A DNA stretch of 64,000 bases from Octopus sinensis (GCF_006345805.1 NC_043008.1:41292001-41356000); one strand, 5' to 3'; shown: positions 39,655-54,317, numbered from the stretch's first letter. Notes: a model not told the origin generated them from the sequence alone. Numbers and translations: made by a program.

Positions 39655-39885
39655 TCAAGGTAGTAAAAAATTTAGAAATGTTTTACTACCAGTGGCCTAG
39701 CGTGTAAAAAAAATAGTCAATAGACTATATATTATTCATATATATACAGTGCGGTAGGAAATGGCCATAAGACAGCTAACCGACCAGAAGGAATAGTTTA
39801 AATCCAATTCTATTGACTAGTTTTGCTACACGCTAAGCCACAGGTAGTAAAAACATTTCTAAATAAGTTTTATACTACCCTGAAA
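39655..39885. mobile_element. Short element with ~40-bp inverted termini, each an internal hairpin (MITE- or Helentron-like)
   Basis: GGTAGTAAAA-12nt-TTTTACTACC at 39659-39690; its imperfect reverse complement recurs at 39843-39884. Confidence 0.55.
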
Positions 39886-40027
39886 TTTATTAATAATAAT
39901 TTGGGCGCTTGTGAGGTGAGTTTGAAATATAACATGTAAGCACGAGGCATGTTCTGTATTGCTTCCTGCTTATATGTTAATCTTTGGCTTTGCTGTTGAT
40001 GAGAGCTTCGCCTAGCAAATTACTTTA

Positions 40028-40060
40028 TTTGCTGAAGAGAGCTTGAAACCATGGTCCAAG
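40028..40060 (+). ncRNA. Ultra-minimal hammerhead motif with self-complementary stems II and III
   Basis: TTTG-CTGAAGA(40032-38)-GAGCTT-GAAA(40045-48)-CCATGG-TC-CAAG; palindrome ACCATGGT; GUC triplet ending 40056. Confidence 0.6.
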
Positions 40061-40206
40061 AAATAGATGGTAAATGTTTGTATTTTTCACTCCCTTTCGA
40101 AATTACCACTAATAGTGGTTTTGATTTTAACTACTCATTCTAGCGGGTTAGACGTCCTATTATGGCCATCTCTTATGTGTTTAAATGTAAAACGTATATG
40201 TGTGTG

Positions 40207-40302
<96 letters not shown>

Positions 40303-41429
40303 CATAGAGCACTTCTCAGTTAGTTGGTTTCTAATTCAGAATAATCATTCAGCACCTGCTGAAAGCAAAACAAAACAGCATTATTTTGAATTTGCTCATA
40401 AAACATGTAGCTACAATAGCTTTGCACGATCAATTGTAATTTATACTGATGCTTGTATGTATCTATATGTTTGTGTGTGTGTGTATGTATGGAAGTACGT
40501 ATGTATATTTACATACAAACATGCACACGTACATCCGTGTACATAAACATAGGTGAACTACTTCAAGTTTCCTAATTCAATAATGCAGTGAACGAACGGA
40601 CTCATGTATCGTACTGTACACGATCCGACAATCGCTCAGGCCCAGATATCACGACTGCTCAGTCAAGACATACGAAGAAAAATGAGACATGTTGCGAGAA
40701 ACATAGAGATACGCCCGAAGAGAAATGAGAGCCCCTTTAACCCATGAAATAAAGAACTTTTTAAAGATGAGTTTTTAATGGAGGTGTTGCCTAGTTGTGA
40801 GGGATAACTATGGCTTCTATATGTATTAATATTTTTCATAGTGAAACGGCCAGTTAAATCATTTAAATCTCTCAATATTTTGAATATACAAAATGCTTTC
40901 AATGGATTCCAAGAATAATCTATCTCCCGTATCATGACAACCTCTCTTATCAATTTTCTCCTTTTTGTGTTGTTTTCATGTCATTGTACCTAGAGCTTCC
41001 GCATGGAGTTGTCACGTTATTTTAGCCCGACCGAATGCCAGATCTTTTAGAGTACGCTACATTCCTACGTCCCTTTACTGCACTCTCTGAACATGAAACT
41101 TGATAGTTTCCCTATAACCTTTCATTTGATGAATGATAATTCCATCTCGTTGAATGAAGTACTTCTTTCCTGTCCCCATTACACTGCACTCCCACTATTC
41201 GCTCACTCTCTCAATCAAATCAGTGTTGTCTAAATAGGTGCACGGTATATCACGGTATATCAGGCGTCGAAGTGATCGCAGAGCAACAGCAGACATTATT
41301 TTGATTCAAACCACTAAATATTCAGCAACCCGTGAATCGCAACTACCACCTTACGTCTGAGAATCGAGAATCAAATGACCAAATTTATATACGGCGAGCC
41401 TTCCAACACAACAACCGTGCTATATATAT

Positions 41430-41460
<31 letters not shown>

Positions 41461-41526
41461 TGATAGATAGATAGATAGATAGATATACATATATATATAT
41501 ATGTATGTATGTATTATGTATGTATG

Positions 41527-41657
<131 letters not shown>

Positions 41658-41974
41658 ATAAAATTAGTGCGTGTATTTGTGTATATATATTTCTGCACGC
41701 GTGTGTACTTAATGATGTTAAACTTAGATATGATTTGCAGCATTTAATACAATATTCCTATTAATCTCTAATAAACCAATAAACCTATTATAGTAACTTG
41801 TCAAAATTTAACTATTGCATAATTTCATTCTATATATTAGATTTCATGTTATTCGTTTCATACGGTAGAAAATATTATTGATGACGTTAGAAATCCTATT
41901 AATAGTTTCGCTTCAAAATCGATTATGGAATTCAATTACTTTGGGTAACTAAACACTGAGAAATATGGGAAAGC

Positions 41975-42270
41975 CGATGGCTCAATAGTTAGAGCGTTGG
42001 GATTACAATCGTGAAGTTGTGAGTTCGATTCCCTGACCAGGCTCTTTCTTATGTTCTAGAGTAAGACACTTTATTTCACGTTGCTGCAGTTCACTCAACT
42101 GCACCGGTGTCAAGTTGTGCCGGTCTTTGCCTTTCATTTGGATAACATTGGTTGCGTGGAGAGAGGAGACTGGTATGCATGGGTGACTGCTATCCTTCCG
42201 CAAAACAACCTTGTTGAGACTTGTGCCTTGGAGCGGAACTTTCTAGGTGCAATCCCATAGTCATTCGGAA
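41975..42270 (+). mobile_element. OR1-like SINE, diverged
   Basis: ATGGCTCAATAGTTAGAGCG, GAGTTCGATTCCC, body homologous to 25841. Confidence 0.88.
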
Positions 42271-42354
42271 CCATTTTACACTCAGAAATACACAGAAACT
42301 GAGACACACGGATACACCTGCACTTATGCATGTTACATATATGTGTACGTGTAG

Positions 42355-42355
42355 G

Positions 42356-42396
<41 letters not shown>

Positions 42397-42521
42397 TTGT
42401 GTGTGTGTTTGTGTGTGTGTGTGTATGTGTGCGTGTCTGTGTGTATGTGTGTTTGTGATTATATATTCAAAATATACACAGGTGTATGTGAGTGTGTGTG
42501 CGTGTCTGTGTTTGTGAACGA

Positions 42522-42561
<40 letters not shown>

Positions 42562-42705
42562 TTGTGTGTGTGTTTGTGTGTGTGTGTGTGTATGTGTGCG
42601 TGTCTGTGTGTATGTGTGTTTGTGATTATATATTCAAAATATACACAGGTGTATGTGAGTGTGTGTGCGTGTCTGTGTTTGTGAACGAATATATATATAT
42701 ATATA
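42355..42705. repeat. Near-perfect tandem duplication of a ~165-bp TG-rich unit
   Basis: GATTATATATTCAAAATATACACAGGTGTATGTGAG...GTGAACGAATATA at ~42457 and ~42625. Confidence 0.9.
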
Positions 42706-42734
42706 GCCATTGATGATGGTGCAGTAGAATAAGA

Positions 42735-42860
42735 CGTGAAATTATTCCCCGTCTGTTATTTCACGTTGCTGGAGTTCACTCAGCTGTCGAAATGACTTGC
42801 CGTGTCACTGGTGTCATGTTGTGTCGCCTTTGCCTTTCACTTGGATAACATCAGTTGCGT
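42735..42860 (+). mobile_element. OR1-like SINE internal fragment
   Basis: TTATTTCACGTTGCTGGAGTTCACTCAGCTG...TTGGATAACAT. Confidence 0.75.
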
Positions 42861-43229
42861 GTAGAGCTTGAAATAGGAAATGCTATAGTGTCTATCAACA
42901 TAGCTTTCCTTATAAAGTATTGGTTGAGCCAATAATATGGTAAAATAAAAATTCTCAAATGTCTATAAGTAGAATCAAATCTTAGACGGACTCATATACA
43001 AATACACGTTCAAGTGCTCTAATAATTGCACTTAACTATTACGTTTACGTCAACTGCAGATATTCAAGGTTCATTCAAGACATTTTCAGGAAAGACGATT
43101 ATTAATTCCAAATTTTCTTCAAAATACAACTACAGTTGAGATTCTCCTAAAGCTTGGAAAAAACAACTAAAAATTACAGTGACCAAGATCTATAATGAAG
43201 GGAGGATGAGGTACAGCCTTCATGCATAT

Positions 43230-43860
43230 TCCTGTCAAGTAATTGGTTAGGTTGATAGAATTTTGGAGTGGTTCAATGTCCTGGTGCAGGTATCACCGAT
43301 CGATCCGAATGGATGATCACTGACGTTTTGCGACTAAATCTCTATCTGAACTCCATCAAAATCTCCACAATGTATTCTTTGTTGACCGTAAGAAACCAAG
43401 TAGAGTTAGATGATGTTTTTGCTGTAGAAAAAAGACCATCATGAGTTTCCTGGTTGGCCCTGCGTTCTAGCACCTGGAGGTGCCAGAATGCTTCTAATGG
43501 GCACACTGTCTCTTGATGTTTGGATCATAACAGGAGATCTAGCTTTACTCATCAGTGACACAAGCACTCTCAAATGGAAAGGAATGATCTCAAATGTCTC
43601 CCAACTGACAGCTACGCTCCCAACTGTCGCTTTCTTTGTCTACGTCACTGAGCACATGGGGTACAAGTTTTCCGCATGTTCAGATCTTCATGAATAAAGC
43701 TGTGTACAGTTGCCTCACCAAATGCAAATGGTTCTTGTCTTTCAAGATACATGGTGGTCTCCAGCCAGAATTTGAATTTTCATAAGCAGCTACCTTCCTT
43801 AAACCTCTTGTACTCTCGTGAAACAGAGGCACTTGCCACACAAGTTAATCCACAAGGAGT
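43230..43860 (-). mobile_element. Decayed mariner transposase
   Basis: YKRFKEG, TVHSFIHEDLNMRK, PHVLSDVDK, CVTDE*S*ISCYDPNIKRQ, RKLMMVFF, TVNKEY, LHQD. Confidence 0.8.
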
Positions 43861-43871
43861 CTTGGGGTATT

Positions 43872-44135
43872 TACTCTCTTTTACTCTTTTACTCTTTTAC
43901 TCTTTTACTCTTTTACTCTTTTACTTGTTTCAGTCATATCACTGTGGCCTTGCTGGACCACCGCCTTTAGTCGAATCAAATCGACCCCAGGACTTATTCA
44001 TTGTAAACATAGTACTTATTGTGTCGGTCTCTTTTGCTGAACAGCTAAGATACGGGGACGGAAACACACCAGCATCGGTTGTCAAGCGATGGTGGGGGTA
44101 CAAACACAGACACACAAACATATACACACACATAC

Positions 44136-44173
<38 letters not shown>

Positions 44174-44284
44174 ATACGACAGGCTTCTTTCACTTTCCGT
44201 CTACCAAATCCACTCACAAGGCTTTGGTCGGCCGAGGCTATAGTAGAAGACACTTACCAGAGGTGCCACGCAGTGGGACTGAAC
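43872..44284 (-). mobile_element. OR2-like composite SINE, 5'-truncated, with (AAGAGTAA)n tail
   Basis: Homologous to 7400, 48824, 49459 copies. Confidence 0.9.
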
Positions 44285-45368
44285 TTTCATAAGTTTCTTT
44301 AACAGTTTTGCTCGGGGTAACACAAAAGATTATTGCATGGGGAGCATTCAAATTGTTTTCTCTTTCCGACTGCATTCTGGAAACACGTCAACTTTGACAA
44401 GCTGTGTTTAGCAGAGTAGCTTCAGACTTCTGTTTCAGATGTTTCCTTCAATCTGGAATGATGAAAGTTGGTACGTCACTTTAGTAGATGTATTGTAATA
44501 ATATACTGAAATTACAATAATCCAATGCCTCGCCTGAAGAGCTGCCACTCATACCTTCTAGAATACTGCTCGTATTCTTGAATAGTCATACATCTAGAAG
44601 CCTTGAGTCTTCATGTTTAATGTCAGTTACTCGTAGTTAATGATGTTCAGATGTTATATCATATCCCAACATTCAACCAGTGTCTCTCATTGGTATTACA
44701 GAGAAAGCGATGATCTACCAACAATTAATAACGCAATTCGTTCTCCCGTCTGCAAGCAGATCATTCAGTGTTATATAATTTTGTACGAATAACCTGATAC
44801 ATATTATAAAAAATAAAAAGAACTCTAAATTTTATAGCCACAACTCAGTTTAAACATCATACACCAGTCCATTAAGTACAGACAGAAGTACAAATAGCAT
44901 CCTAGCAGAGTAGAAGGATGCATTCTGAATACATATCATGGTATTTGTGTGTTTTTATCTGTCACGACGTATTATTCAAGCTTTCGTGGAAACCACTTTT
45001 CCACTCAACAACAGATAATTGTGATTTATAATATATATTTCTCATATTCGACCATTTTGCTTTTACATCCGTATTTATATTGCTTTATAATACATTGAAA
45101 ACTGGAATGTTTAATTATATTTACGTGTAAATGATAAACGTTAGATGATAACAAACAACATACCGGGAATTGGCGAGAGTAGATTTAGTGAGACTACAGA
45201 ATGTAAAATTCTGATTTGATTACAAATACGTGATGTTTTGCAAAAAAATAAATACTTTTACATAAAGTCATGTATATGTGCGAGCGTATATATACACGCA
45301 TACACATACACACGCACACATACACACACCTATATATATATATATATACACACGCACATACACACACT

Positions 45369-45425
<57 letters not shown>

Positions 45426-47202
45426 TATATACCTGCATAAATGTATATAGATATATTCACATACATACACGCAAACGCTCACATGTAAATGAATATATAC
45501 ATATGTGTGTGTATATATGTCCGTATGTATATATGTATGCATATGCCACTGTGGATGGGTGTGCGTGTGAATGACACTATGCACATGTAAATATATGAGC
45601 GTTCACAAATTCAACATGTGTATGATACATACACACACAAACACACAAACACACACATACACAAACAAACCTCACATACGCACGGAGACTGGCACGACAA
45701 ATTTAGTTTGTGTTTGTCTTACTGTGTATATATGTGTGAGGGAGGTGTTTGATTAATTGATTGAACTTGACTCTGGAAGCTCGCCTCAGGAATCAGACAA
45801 CCGCCCGAGGATACAAAAGATAGCTTTTTGATTTTCAAAATACCAATAACCAATGTTTATGTTTGTGACACTCTGTTTTTCGGTATGACATTCACTTTAG
45901 TTGTGTACAGTTGCTGTCTGAGGGTTTAGGTCAAATTTTTTAAACATTAGGGAAATCGTACATACGTTTTGATTTGATAACCTCAACTATGCCCATAATG
46001 TACGTCAAGATGGAGGCATCATATTGGAATAGTTGCATTTCATTACTACAACGTGATATTGTCATCAATATGAAGGAATCATAAGCTACGCGTTTTCTTT
46101 CTTTTCTGTACATCAGGTCATCTATCAGTTGTATAGAAATCACTAGGCTATCATTTTAAATCACCATTTTATAGAACATAATGTTTTGTATAACATATTT
46201 TTTATTTGCTTTTCAAAGTATTATATATGTTCCTATGCCTTACAACCATCAGATTTTATCGTGAATGCACGTAATAAATACACATCTACTTATATCCATT
46301 ATGAAGTTGATATATATTTATATCATTTTGCTTCTTACTTTCTTCTTTCGCAATTCCGAATGGCCTTCACAAACAGCTTCAACCTAAACGAAAATATTTA
46401 CTTAATCGCTGCATTTCCTTAAGTAGGTGTTCCTACTATTTATTTTCCTTTGTGTCATTTATATAAACTCTTATAGTTGTGTGTATTGTTTGCAAAATAT
46501 CTCCATTTATAAGGAAGAAATTGTATATTGATCTCCAAAACTTATTGTAACTAAATACAAATACGTCGGACCTAATATAATATGTGCTTTTAGTTCAGAT
46601 ATTTATGAATGAGTAAGGCAGAGTTTTCTTGGCAAAAGAATTATAAAAAGAATAACATATTTACCTTATTCAGATGTCTCTCGCTTTTATCATTTCCCTT
46701 TCTCCCTTCATCGGTTTAGAAAGAGTTACAATGTTTACGATGTAAATATTACCCGTGTGCCAGGTTGAAGTCGAACGTTTCCGTCGGTTCTCATCTCGGG
46801 TGGTGAGATCAAGTTATTTTGCCGAACAGCGATAAAAATTTATTCATTACATATAAAAAGAAACCAATTACAGTTTATGAAAACTAGTTACAGCCTGTTG
46901 CGAAACTATAGAAAACAGATCAAATAAACAAAATTCTTAGTATAGAAACACATTTATTTTATCCTTGCACTCTTCCCGAAAAGTTTTATACACACATAAG
47001 AATAAATTATCAGCGACGAAGCGGTATAAGTATCAAAAGGCAATCTGTATACCCAACTTAATGTTAATGTTACAATACAATATTCGGGGTTCTCTGTGAT
47101 TGAGTGTGTGTCACTGTGTGTGTCTTTGTGTGTCTGTCTCAGTGTGTCTGCCTCTGTGGGTCTGTCTATGTGTGTCTGTATTTGTTCCCTCTCCCCATTT
47201 GA

Positions 47203-47372
47203 CAACCGGTGTTAGTGTGCTTACGTACCCGTAACTTAGAGGTTCGTCAAAAGAGTCCGATGGAATAAGTACCTGGCTTAAAATAACGTACTTTTTGTGA
47301 TTCGTTGGACTAAAAATCCTTCACCGTAGTGCCGCAGCATGACCGCAGTCTGACATTTGTGACAAATAAAAG
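47203..47372 (+). mobile_element. 3' module of the OR2-like composite SINE, diverged
   Basis: GACAACCGGTGTTAGTGTG..CCGTAACTTAG.GGTTCG.CAAAAGAG.CCGAT.GAATAAGTAC..GCAGCATGACCGCAGTC. Confidence 0.75.
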
Positions 47373-47376
47373 ACAT

Positions 47377-47443
<67 letters not shown>

Positions 47444-47834
47444 TACATAATATGTATGTATATATGTATATACATATATACAAAATATGTATATGTATAT
47501 ATATATATATATATGAGACCAAAGATGTACGTACGCCGCTATATGTGTATATAAATGAATGGAACAAGAACGTAACAGGTGACAACACAACATTCGGACA
47601 GTTAGACGATACAAAAAAGGACAGGAAAAAACAAGGACTGGTCAGTCGTAGCTCTCAATCCTCAGTCGAGTACCATATAGTCTTTGCAGTTTCGGGTCGT
47701 TACTCTCGACACTGATCTAAGAAAATCTAAGCTAATAGCACTAGATTTTTTAGCAAAGAAAAAATAACAGCTAATGTGCACAGCCTAAATATCCATTTAA
47801 GTAGCCTATTCAAACCAGAATTCATTATATTGTG

Positions 47835-47878
<44 letters not shown>

Positions 47879-48823
47879 TAAAAATATCCAACGCTACAGT
47901 TTTTGATTACTGGATTAGCTCGAGAATCTAAACTCTATCCCCTCCAATGCTGCACTGACCTCAACAACCTTTGAGTGTCATTCTAAACATTGCATCAACA
48001 TTGCCCAATTTATGTTGGTATCAGCTTTAATATTCAACTACGTGCCAATCTTCGCATGACAAAATTTCTCGCTTGCTTCGCATCAATGCACTATGTTGGA
48101 ACCATTACACCTCATCTGACTCTGCTTTTTTTTAAGATAATACTAATATACTCAAAAAGTCACTGTAACATTCAAACACTTCCTGGGCAATTTCGTCAAA
48201 TAATTCCCTGATAAACCTACTCTCGGATAATTCTCTGCAAACAATAATTCTTTATTCAAATGGGACACGGCAAACTATGTATGACCGTAACATATTTAAA
48301 TATATTCTCCAAGTGGTGATGTTACGTTTCTAATGGAACTGGTTATTTCAGGTCGAAATCTCAGTTTCCATGTACATAAGTATACCTTCAATGTATTTAC
48401 ACCTATATACACATAACATATATAAATAGATAGCAACATAGATAGATACATACATATATATATACATAGATATATACATACATACATATGCATGGAAATG
48501 TTAGTAGAAAGCTCCGTGATGATAGTAACATCGATCATCAGCGCAGTTTATCATGGACCAATAACCGGATTACTACCTCCCATTTTGAAGGGTATGTGTT
48601 TACAATCCAAGAACAGAAAATATCAACCAAGAACCTGATTCAAACAAAAGGAACAGAGATGCAGAAAAAGTAATAAAATGTGACAATCGAAGCACACTTT
48701 ATGGACTTCACACTGCAGCTATTATCCACATCATAAGCAGTTGTTCGAAAATGCCATTACAGTCTTATCTACCGATGAGACGTGATGTTGTGTCTAGGAC
48801 ACTCTGTAATCAAATATGTCGAA

Positions 48824-49224
48824 AGGAGTGGCTGTGTGGTAAGTAGCTTGCTAACCAACCACATGGTTCCGGGTTCAGTCCCACTGCGTGGCATCTTGGG
48901 CAAGTGTCTTCTGCTATAGCCCCGGGCCGACCAATGCCTTGTGAGTGGATTTGGTAGACGGAAACTGAAAGAAGCCCGTCGTATATATGTATATATATAT
49001 GCGTGTGTGTGTTTGTGTGTCTGTGTTTGTCCCCCTGGCATTGCTTGACAACCAATGCTGGTGTGTTTATGTCCCCGTTACTTAGCGGTTCGGCAAAAAG
49101 AGACCGATAGAATAAGTACTGGACTTACAAAAAGAATAAGTCCCGGGGTCGAGTTGCTCGATTAAAGGCGGTGCTCCAGCATGGCCGCAGTCAAATGACT
49201 GAAACAAGTAAAAGAGTAAAAGAG
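48824..49224 (+). mobile_element. OR2-like composite SINE, near full length
   Basis: AGGAGTGGCTGTGTGGTAAG head, CTTGGGCAAGTG core, (AAGAGTAA)n tail. Confidence 0.93.
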
Positions 49225-49458
49225 AATAATCCAGAGGAGAAAGAAATAAGAACCCAGAATATGGTAGAAGCCATAGCCGCTCATAATAAAAATGAGTACT
49301 GATGGAGTGTCCCAGTGAAAACCTCAATAAAATGTAAGCACAACAGAACTGATATAATGATTTGGCATAGAGAAGAGAAACAGTGCACAGTTGTGGAAAT
49401 AGCTGCCCAGTGGATGTTAACATAAAGAACAGTGTAAAAGAGAACACGTGCTGAACTA

Positions 49459-49668
49459 TCTTTCTTTTACTATCTTTTACTTGTTTCAGTCATTTGACTG
49501 TGGCCATGCTGGAGCACCGCCTTTAGTCGAGCAACTCGACCCCGGGACTTATTCTTTTGTAAACCCGGTACTTATTCTATCGGTCTCTTTTGCCGAACCG
49601 CTAAGTAACGGGGACATAAACACACCAGCATCGGTTGTCAAGCAATGCTAGGGGGACAAACACAAACA

Positions 49669-49714
<46 letters not shown>

Positions 49715-49881
49715 TACGACGGGCTTCTTTTCAGTTTCCGTCTACCAAATCCACTCACAAGGCTTTGGTCGGCCCGAGGCTATAGTATAAGACACTTGCC
49801 CAAGGTGCCACGCAGTGGGACTGAACCCGGGACCATGTGGTTGGTAAACAAGCTACATACCACACAGCCACTCCTGCGCCT
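49459..49881 (-). mobile_element. OR2-like composite SINE, full length, inverted relative to 48824 copy; probable GAACTA TSD
   Basis: GAACTA at 49453-58 and 49886-91; removing the SINE restores AELLRNLQ in the host LINE. Confidence 0.93.
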
Positions 49882-50159
49882 GCGAGAACTACTGAGAAAT
49901 CTGCAGATTAAAAATTCAGGTTTATACCTGTAATTATTGGAGCCCTGGGATATGCAACACACTGCCTAAATACCAATCTTGAGAAATTAGGCTTCCCAAG
50001 CCAGAAAGTAGAAAGCTAATTCGAAGACTACTGATTCAGTCCATCACCGGAACTGTAAATTTCTGTAAAACGTACCATAAATTTTTCATTTATATATGAG
50101 TATGTCTAGATACGAAACTATGTTCATGAGAATAAATACATAAAACATTCAAATCTGCA

Positions 50160-50332
50160 CATACATGCATACATACATACATATATACATACGTACATAC
50201 ATACATACATACATACATGCATACATACATACATACATGCATACATACATACATACATACATACATACATACATACATACATACATGCATACATGCATAC
50301 ATACATACATATATACATACATACATACATAC
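50160..50332. repeat. (TACA)n microsatellite
   Basis: Direct reading. Confidence 0.95.
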
Positions 50333-53300
50333 AAAAATCCCTTGTTGTTGATGTTGATATTCCTCTGAAAGATACTTGGATCTAGGTTAGAAACCGGTTC
50401 TTTCTCTATTGGCAAGAAACCCTGAAGTAAACTGAATCATGGCATGCATACATTCATATATGTATAACGGGGATGTTGGAAATAAGTATACATGCTTGTA
50501 TTTCATAAAAATAAGCTGTTCGCTCCGAGAACGAACCGAAAGACTTGGCTTCTTGCGGCTGTTCATCGAGAGAAGTTTTCTTCATTCCTTTCAACAACGT
50601 GTTTTACGTTACAATCCTTGTTCAATTTTGAAGTATCTACACAGCAGGGTTAAATATATTTTTACATTCTAGTCATTCATATTTACATAAGAATTCTCCG
50701 GACATAAGCTATCTGTGATTTACTTAATATGTATGAATATGTTTGTGAATGTGTGTATGAGTTGTATATAGTTACACGCTCAAACATACACACACACATA
50801 CACGCGCGCACACAAACTTGTTTAAATAACTAGAAGTTGTCAACTTTAAGAACAACAAATACTATTTATCAAGGGAATATTACTACGTTGTTATTCTTTC
50901 GTTTATATTCCATATGCCATATAAATATATATGCTTTTATGCATGTATGTGTGTGGTTATGTGCGTATACACCTTTGGTTTTTCATGCGTACATGCGTTT
51001 GCACGTCTATGTATGGTTGGTTTGCGTGTGCATGTATGCGCCTACGTGCGGTACGAGAGACATAATAGTCGTAATGTTGATTCAGAGATGATTGCTGTTT
51101 GGAAATATTCTGCAGAACTATTTTAATTTTAAATTTTTTCCATCTTTTATATGTGACGTTATTGTTAAAGTAATTTTCCAACTTTTGACAAGCGAACAAA
51201 ACTTACGAATATCAGAGGGAAAAAAAAATACTAAACTTTTTCTCAAAGAAATGAAATTGCAATTTTGCATAGTCCTTATCTTCCATTCACATATGCCTTA
51301 ACTATTTTTTCTTAGCTTGTATAATTTTACGATTAAAAAAGTAACGCCAAAAATTCTTCTTTAAATGTATTTTTATGTATATTTGGAAAATTTATTTACT
51401 ACTTTTGAGTTGGGTTTTCTTTTTTTATGAATTTCAAATTTCAAATAAGTTTATTAGATCGAAATATAGTTGGTTTTTTTTCCAACTATTTTAGTTCGAT
51501 AGCATTGCTGAGTTTTTTCGAAGGCTGTGTATTTTTTTTAATTTATTTTTCTTCCTTTCATTAATTTGTTATCTAGAAGAATGCGCAAAAAGCCAATTAA
51601 ACATCCTGCCTTCTGAATGGATTTTTCGATTTTTCCTACTTTCTTATTATATTATATTTTTTCGTATTTACCAAAGCATTTACACTTTTTTTTTTACTAT
51701 ATACTATATAAAGTGTCATAAGGTAATATAATCAACTTGTAGCTATCTTTGTGTAATGAGATGCTACATACGTTAAATCATTAGATTAAAATGAACTGCA
51801 CTACTTCATGTTGCGCCTATATGTCTTGCAAGTTCAAGTCGCTCACATGTCTGCATTAGTAATAAACCATCTACTGTATAATACTGACACCCCGCTTAAT
51901 ATAAAATGCATCTTCTTTGATAAATATATTTATATATACACACCAATCAATGGGAAAGTTTTGGAAAGTTAGATACGATTTATTTCTGGAAAATATGGTA
52001 TTCAAATTAAATATCCTTATTTCAGTAGCACACATCAAGTCTGCAATAGTCTCGTATACTTCATTTATACCAGTAATCTAACTAGTGTTTACCTAGGCAA
52101 TATTTCCGTTAATATTCACGCCGTTGGTAGCGCATGTTACAGCGGTTTGGGCAGGGGGCACACAAACATTAGTTCAAGAGTTTGTCTCTGTGTTGCCTTT
52201 GAATAAATATCATCCTTTTCGTTGCCTCAGCAAACTCAACTGAAAATTATTCCAAGTTGCAAGTGACAGGTTATACAGTGAAATACTTACATCATATTCC
52301 ACTGTATAATTTATCCGAACACCCTTAGAATTTCTAATCTGTCTGCAGGCTCAAGGTAGATTATGTTTCAATACGAACTACAAAGAGGACTTATACATCT
52401 TTTGTTGACTCACATAGATGAATACTGCCTTCCTAATATAGCACAACTCTCTAACGAATGCTATAATACGGATTCGCCATATATAGTCTGCTTAGAGGAA
52501 CGGCTTTTGGCATTCTGTGGGTGAAGAAATTGTAAAATAGAAGGTTAGTATTAAAACACTACTGTTGGAGGTGCTTTGGATTTGAACTAGGATAACCTGA
52601 GTTAAATCGAACAGAGAAGATATGGAACAAAGTGGTGACAAAGAGAGAATTTGAATTGGTGAACCAATTTACATGGGTGCATACATAGATATCTCATGTA
52701 TATGATGTGTTTGCATGTCGCTTTCATGCAGCAATGTATATGCTACATTTTATCTTATGTTTTCCGTGCCAGTTTCCGAGTGTTCCAAATGTGCATGCGA
52801 TTCTGTACATATATATTTTATACATAGAATTCAAATGTAGAAAACTAGGAATATTTTACAAATGTTCTCGGTACAGATCGAGGCCTATTATTATTCACAG
52901 GATGCGAAACCGTGTCCTTACATTTCACAATTTCGAGACAATTCTACCAATTAATTCTTACATAACGCAGCACAGCTTTATTAATCGAAATATGAGACAA
53001 GGTGTGTATGAGGTAGATAAAGAATGATGCAGTGAATCTCTCAGTAATGTGGGAGTAAATCCTACCACCTATATACACACATATGTATTGCAGTTTTATA
53101 GGAAATGACATGTATATTTATAGACACATACTCAGGCCAATGCCCACACCCCCTCATATCTATATATTATCTATTTATGTATATATATATATATATATAT
53201 ATACATATATACATATATATACACAGATATGCGTATATATATGTGTGTATTTATATATATATGTATGTATGTATGTATGCATATGTATACATTAATCCAT

Positions 53301-53345
53301 GCATCATATTATTATTATTATTAATATTATTATTATTATATTATA

Positions 53346-53407
<62 letters not shown>

Positions 53408-53929
53408 GTATATATATATATATTATATATATATATGTATATATATATGTGTGTGCATATTTCATATGTATGTATATATATATACCTATCTATATATATT
53501 TACAAATAAATAAATATAAATATATATATATGTGTGAGTGTGTGTGTGTATGTATGTATATATATATAAGCATATATACGTAGAAATACATATACGAATG
53601 TGAGATATATAATTTTTAATGTCATATTTATCAATAGTCTACAAAAAATATCTCCTCCATCAAAAATATAAGACGTTGTATATTCTAATAATTACAGAAT
53701 TACAGAAATATCTATTTATATTACTATAAAAAATCACCATGATTTATTTGCAAGGCCCAGGAAATAACTATATGTGAGTGTATATATATATATATAGGTG
53801 TGTGTGTGTGTATATAAATATATAGATATAGATATAGATTGATAGATAGATAGATATAAATATATAATTATAGCCATGTAAGTATACATGTGTATATATA
53901 TATGTATATATATATATAATGTTTACATT

Positions 53930-53971
<42 letters not shown>

Positions 53972-54254
53972 TGGCTCGTTAGCAATTAAAAACTAAGATA
54001 GACCAGCGTTGCTAGAAATAAGAGCCAAAAACGACTCGAGTAGTCACACAAAGCTCTAACCTGACAGGTTGACAAAAGCGAGGGTGGGAGCAAAAGCACT
54101 TCTCCATGGTGAGATCAATTCACATATGAATTTAAAATATATATTCATATCACGTGATTTTGAACTCTGATAATTTTAATCTTAGTTCTTGTCAGCTGAT
54201 CTTGTACCCTTCTTTTTACTTACGTGTGTGTGTGTAACAGTGTGTGTTTGTATA

Positions 54255-54302
<48 letters not shown>

Positions 54303-54317
54303 AGTGTTTGGTAGCCA

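Larger units (their letters stand above)
48490..50100 (+). mobile_element. R4/Dong-like (restriction-like endonuclease) LINE 3' remnant split by two SINE insertions
   Basis: MHG..TTSHFEGYVFTIQEQKI; CDNR..HIISSCSKM..YLPMRRDVV (CCHC region); spacer WSVPVKTSIKCKHNRTDIMIW..VVEI/SCPVDVN (PD-(D/E)xK-like); ELLRNLQ..FIPVIIGALGY..KLIRRLLIQSITGTV. Confidence 0.8.

Noticed and set aside
46765-46805. GATGA...GAAACGTT on minus
   Set aside because: Core lacks CU and there is no stem I or II pairing
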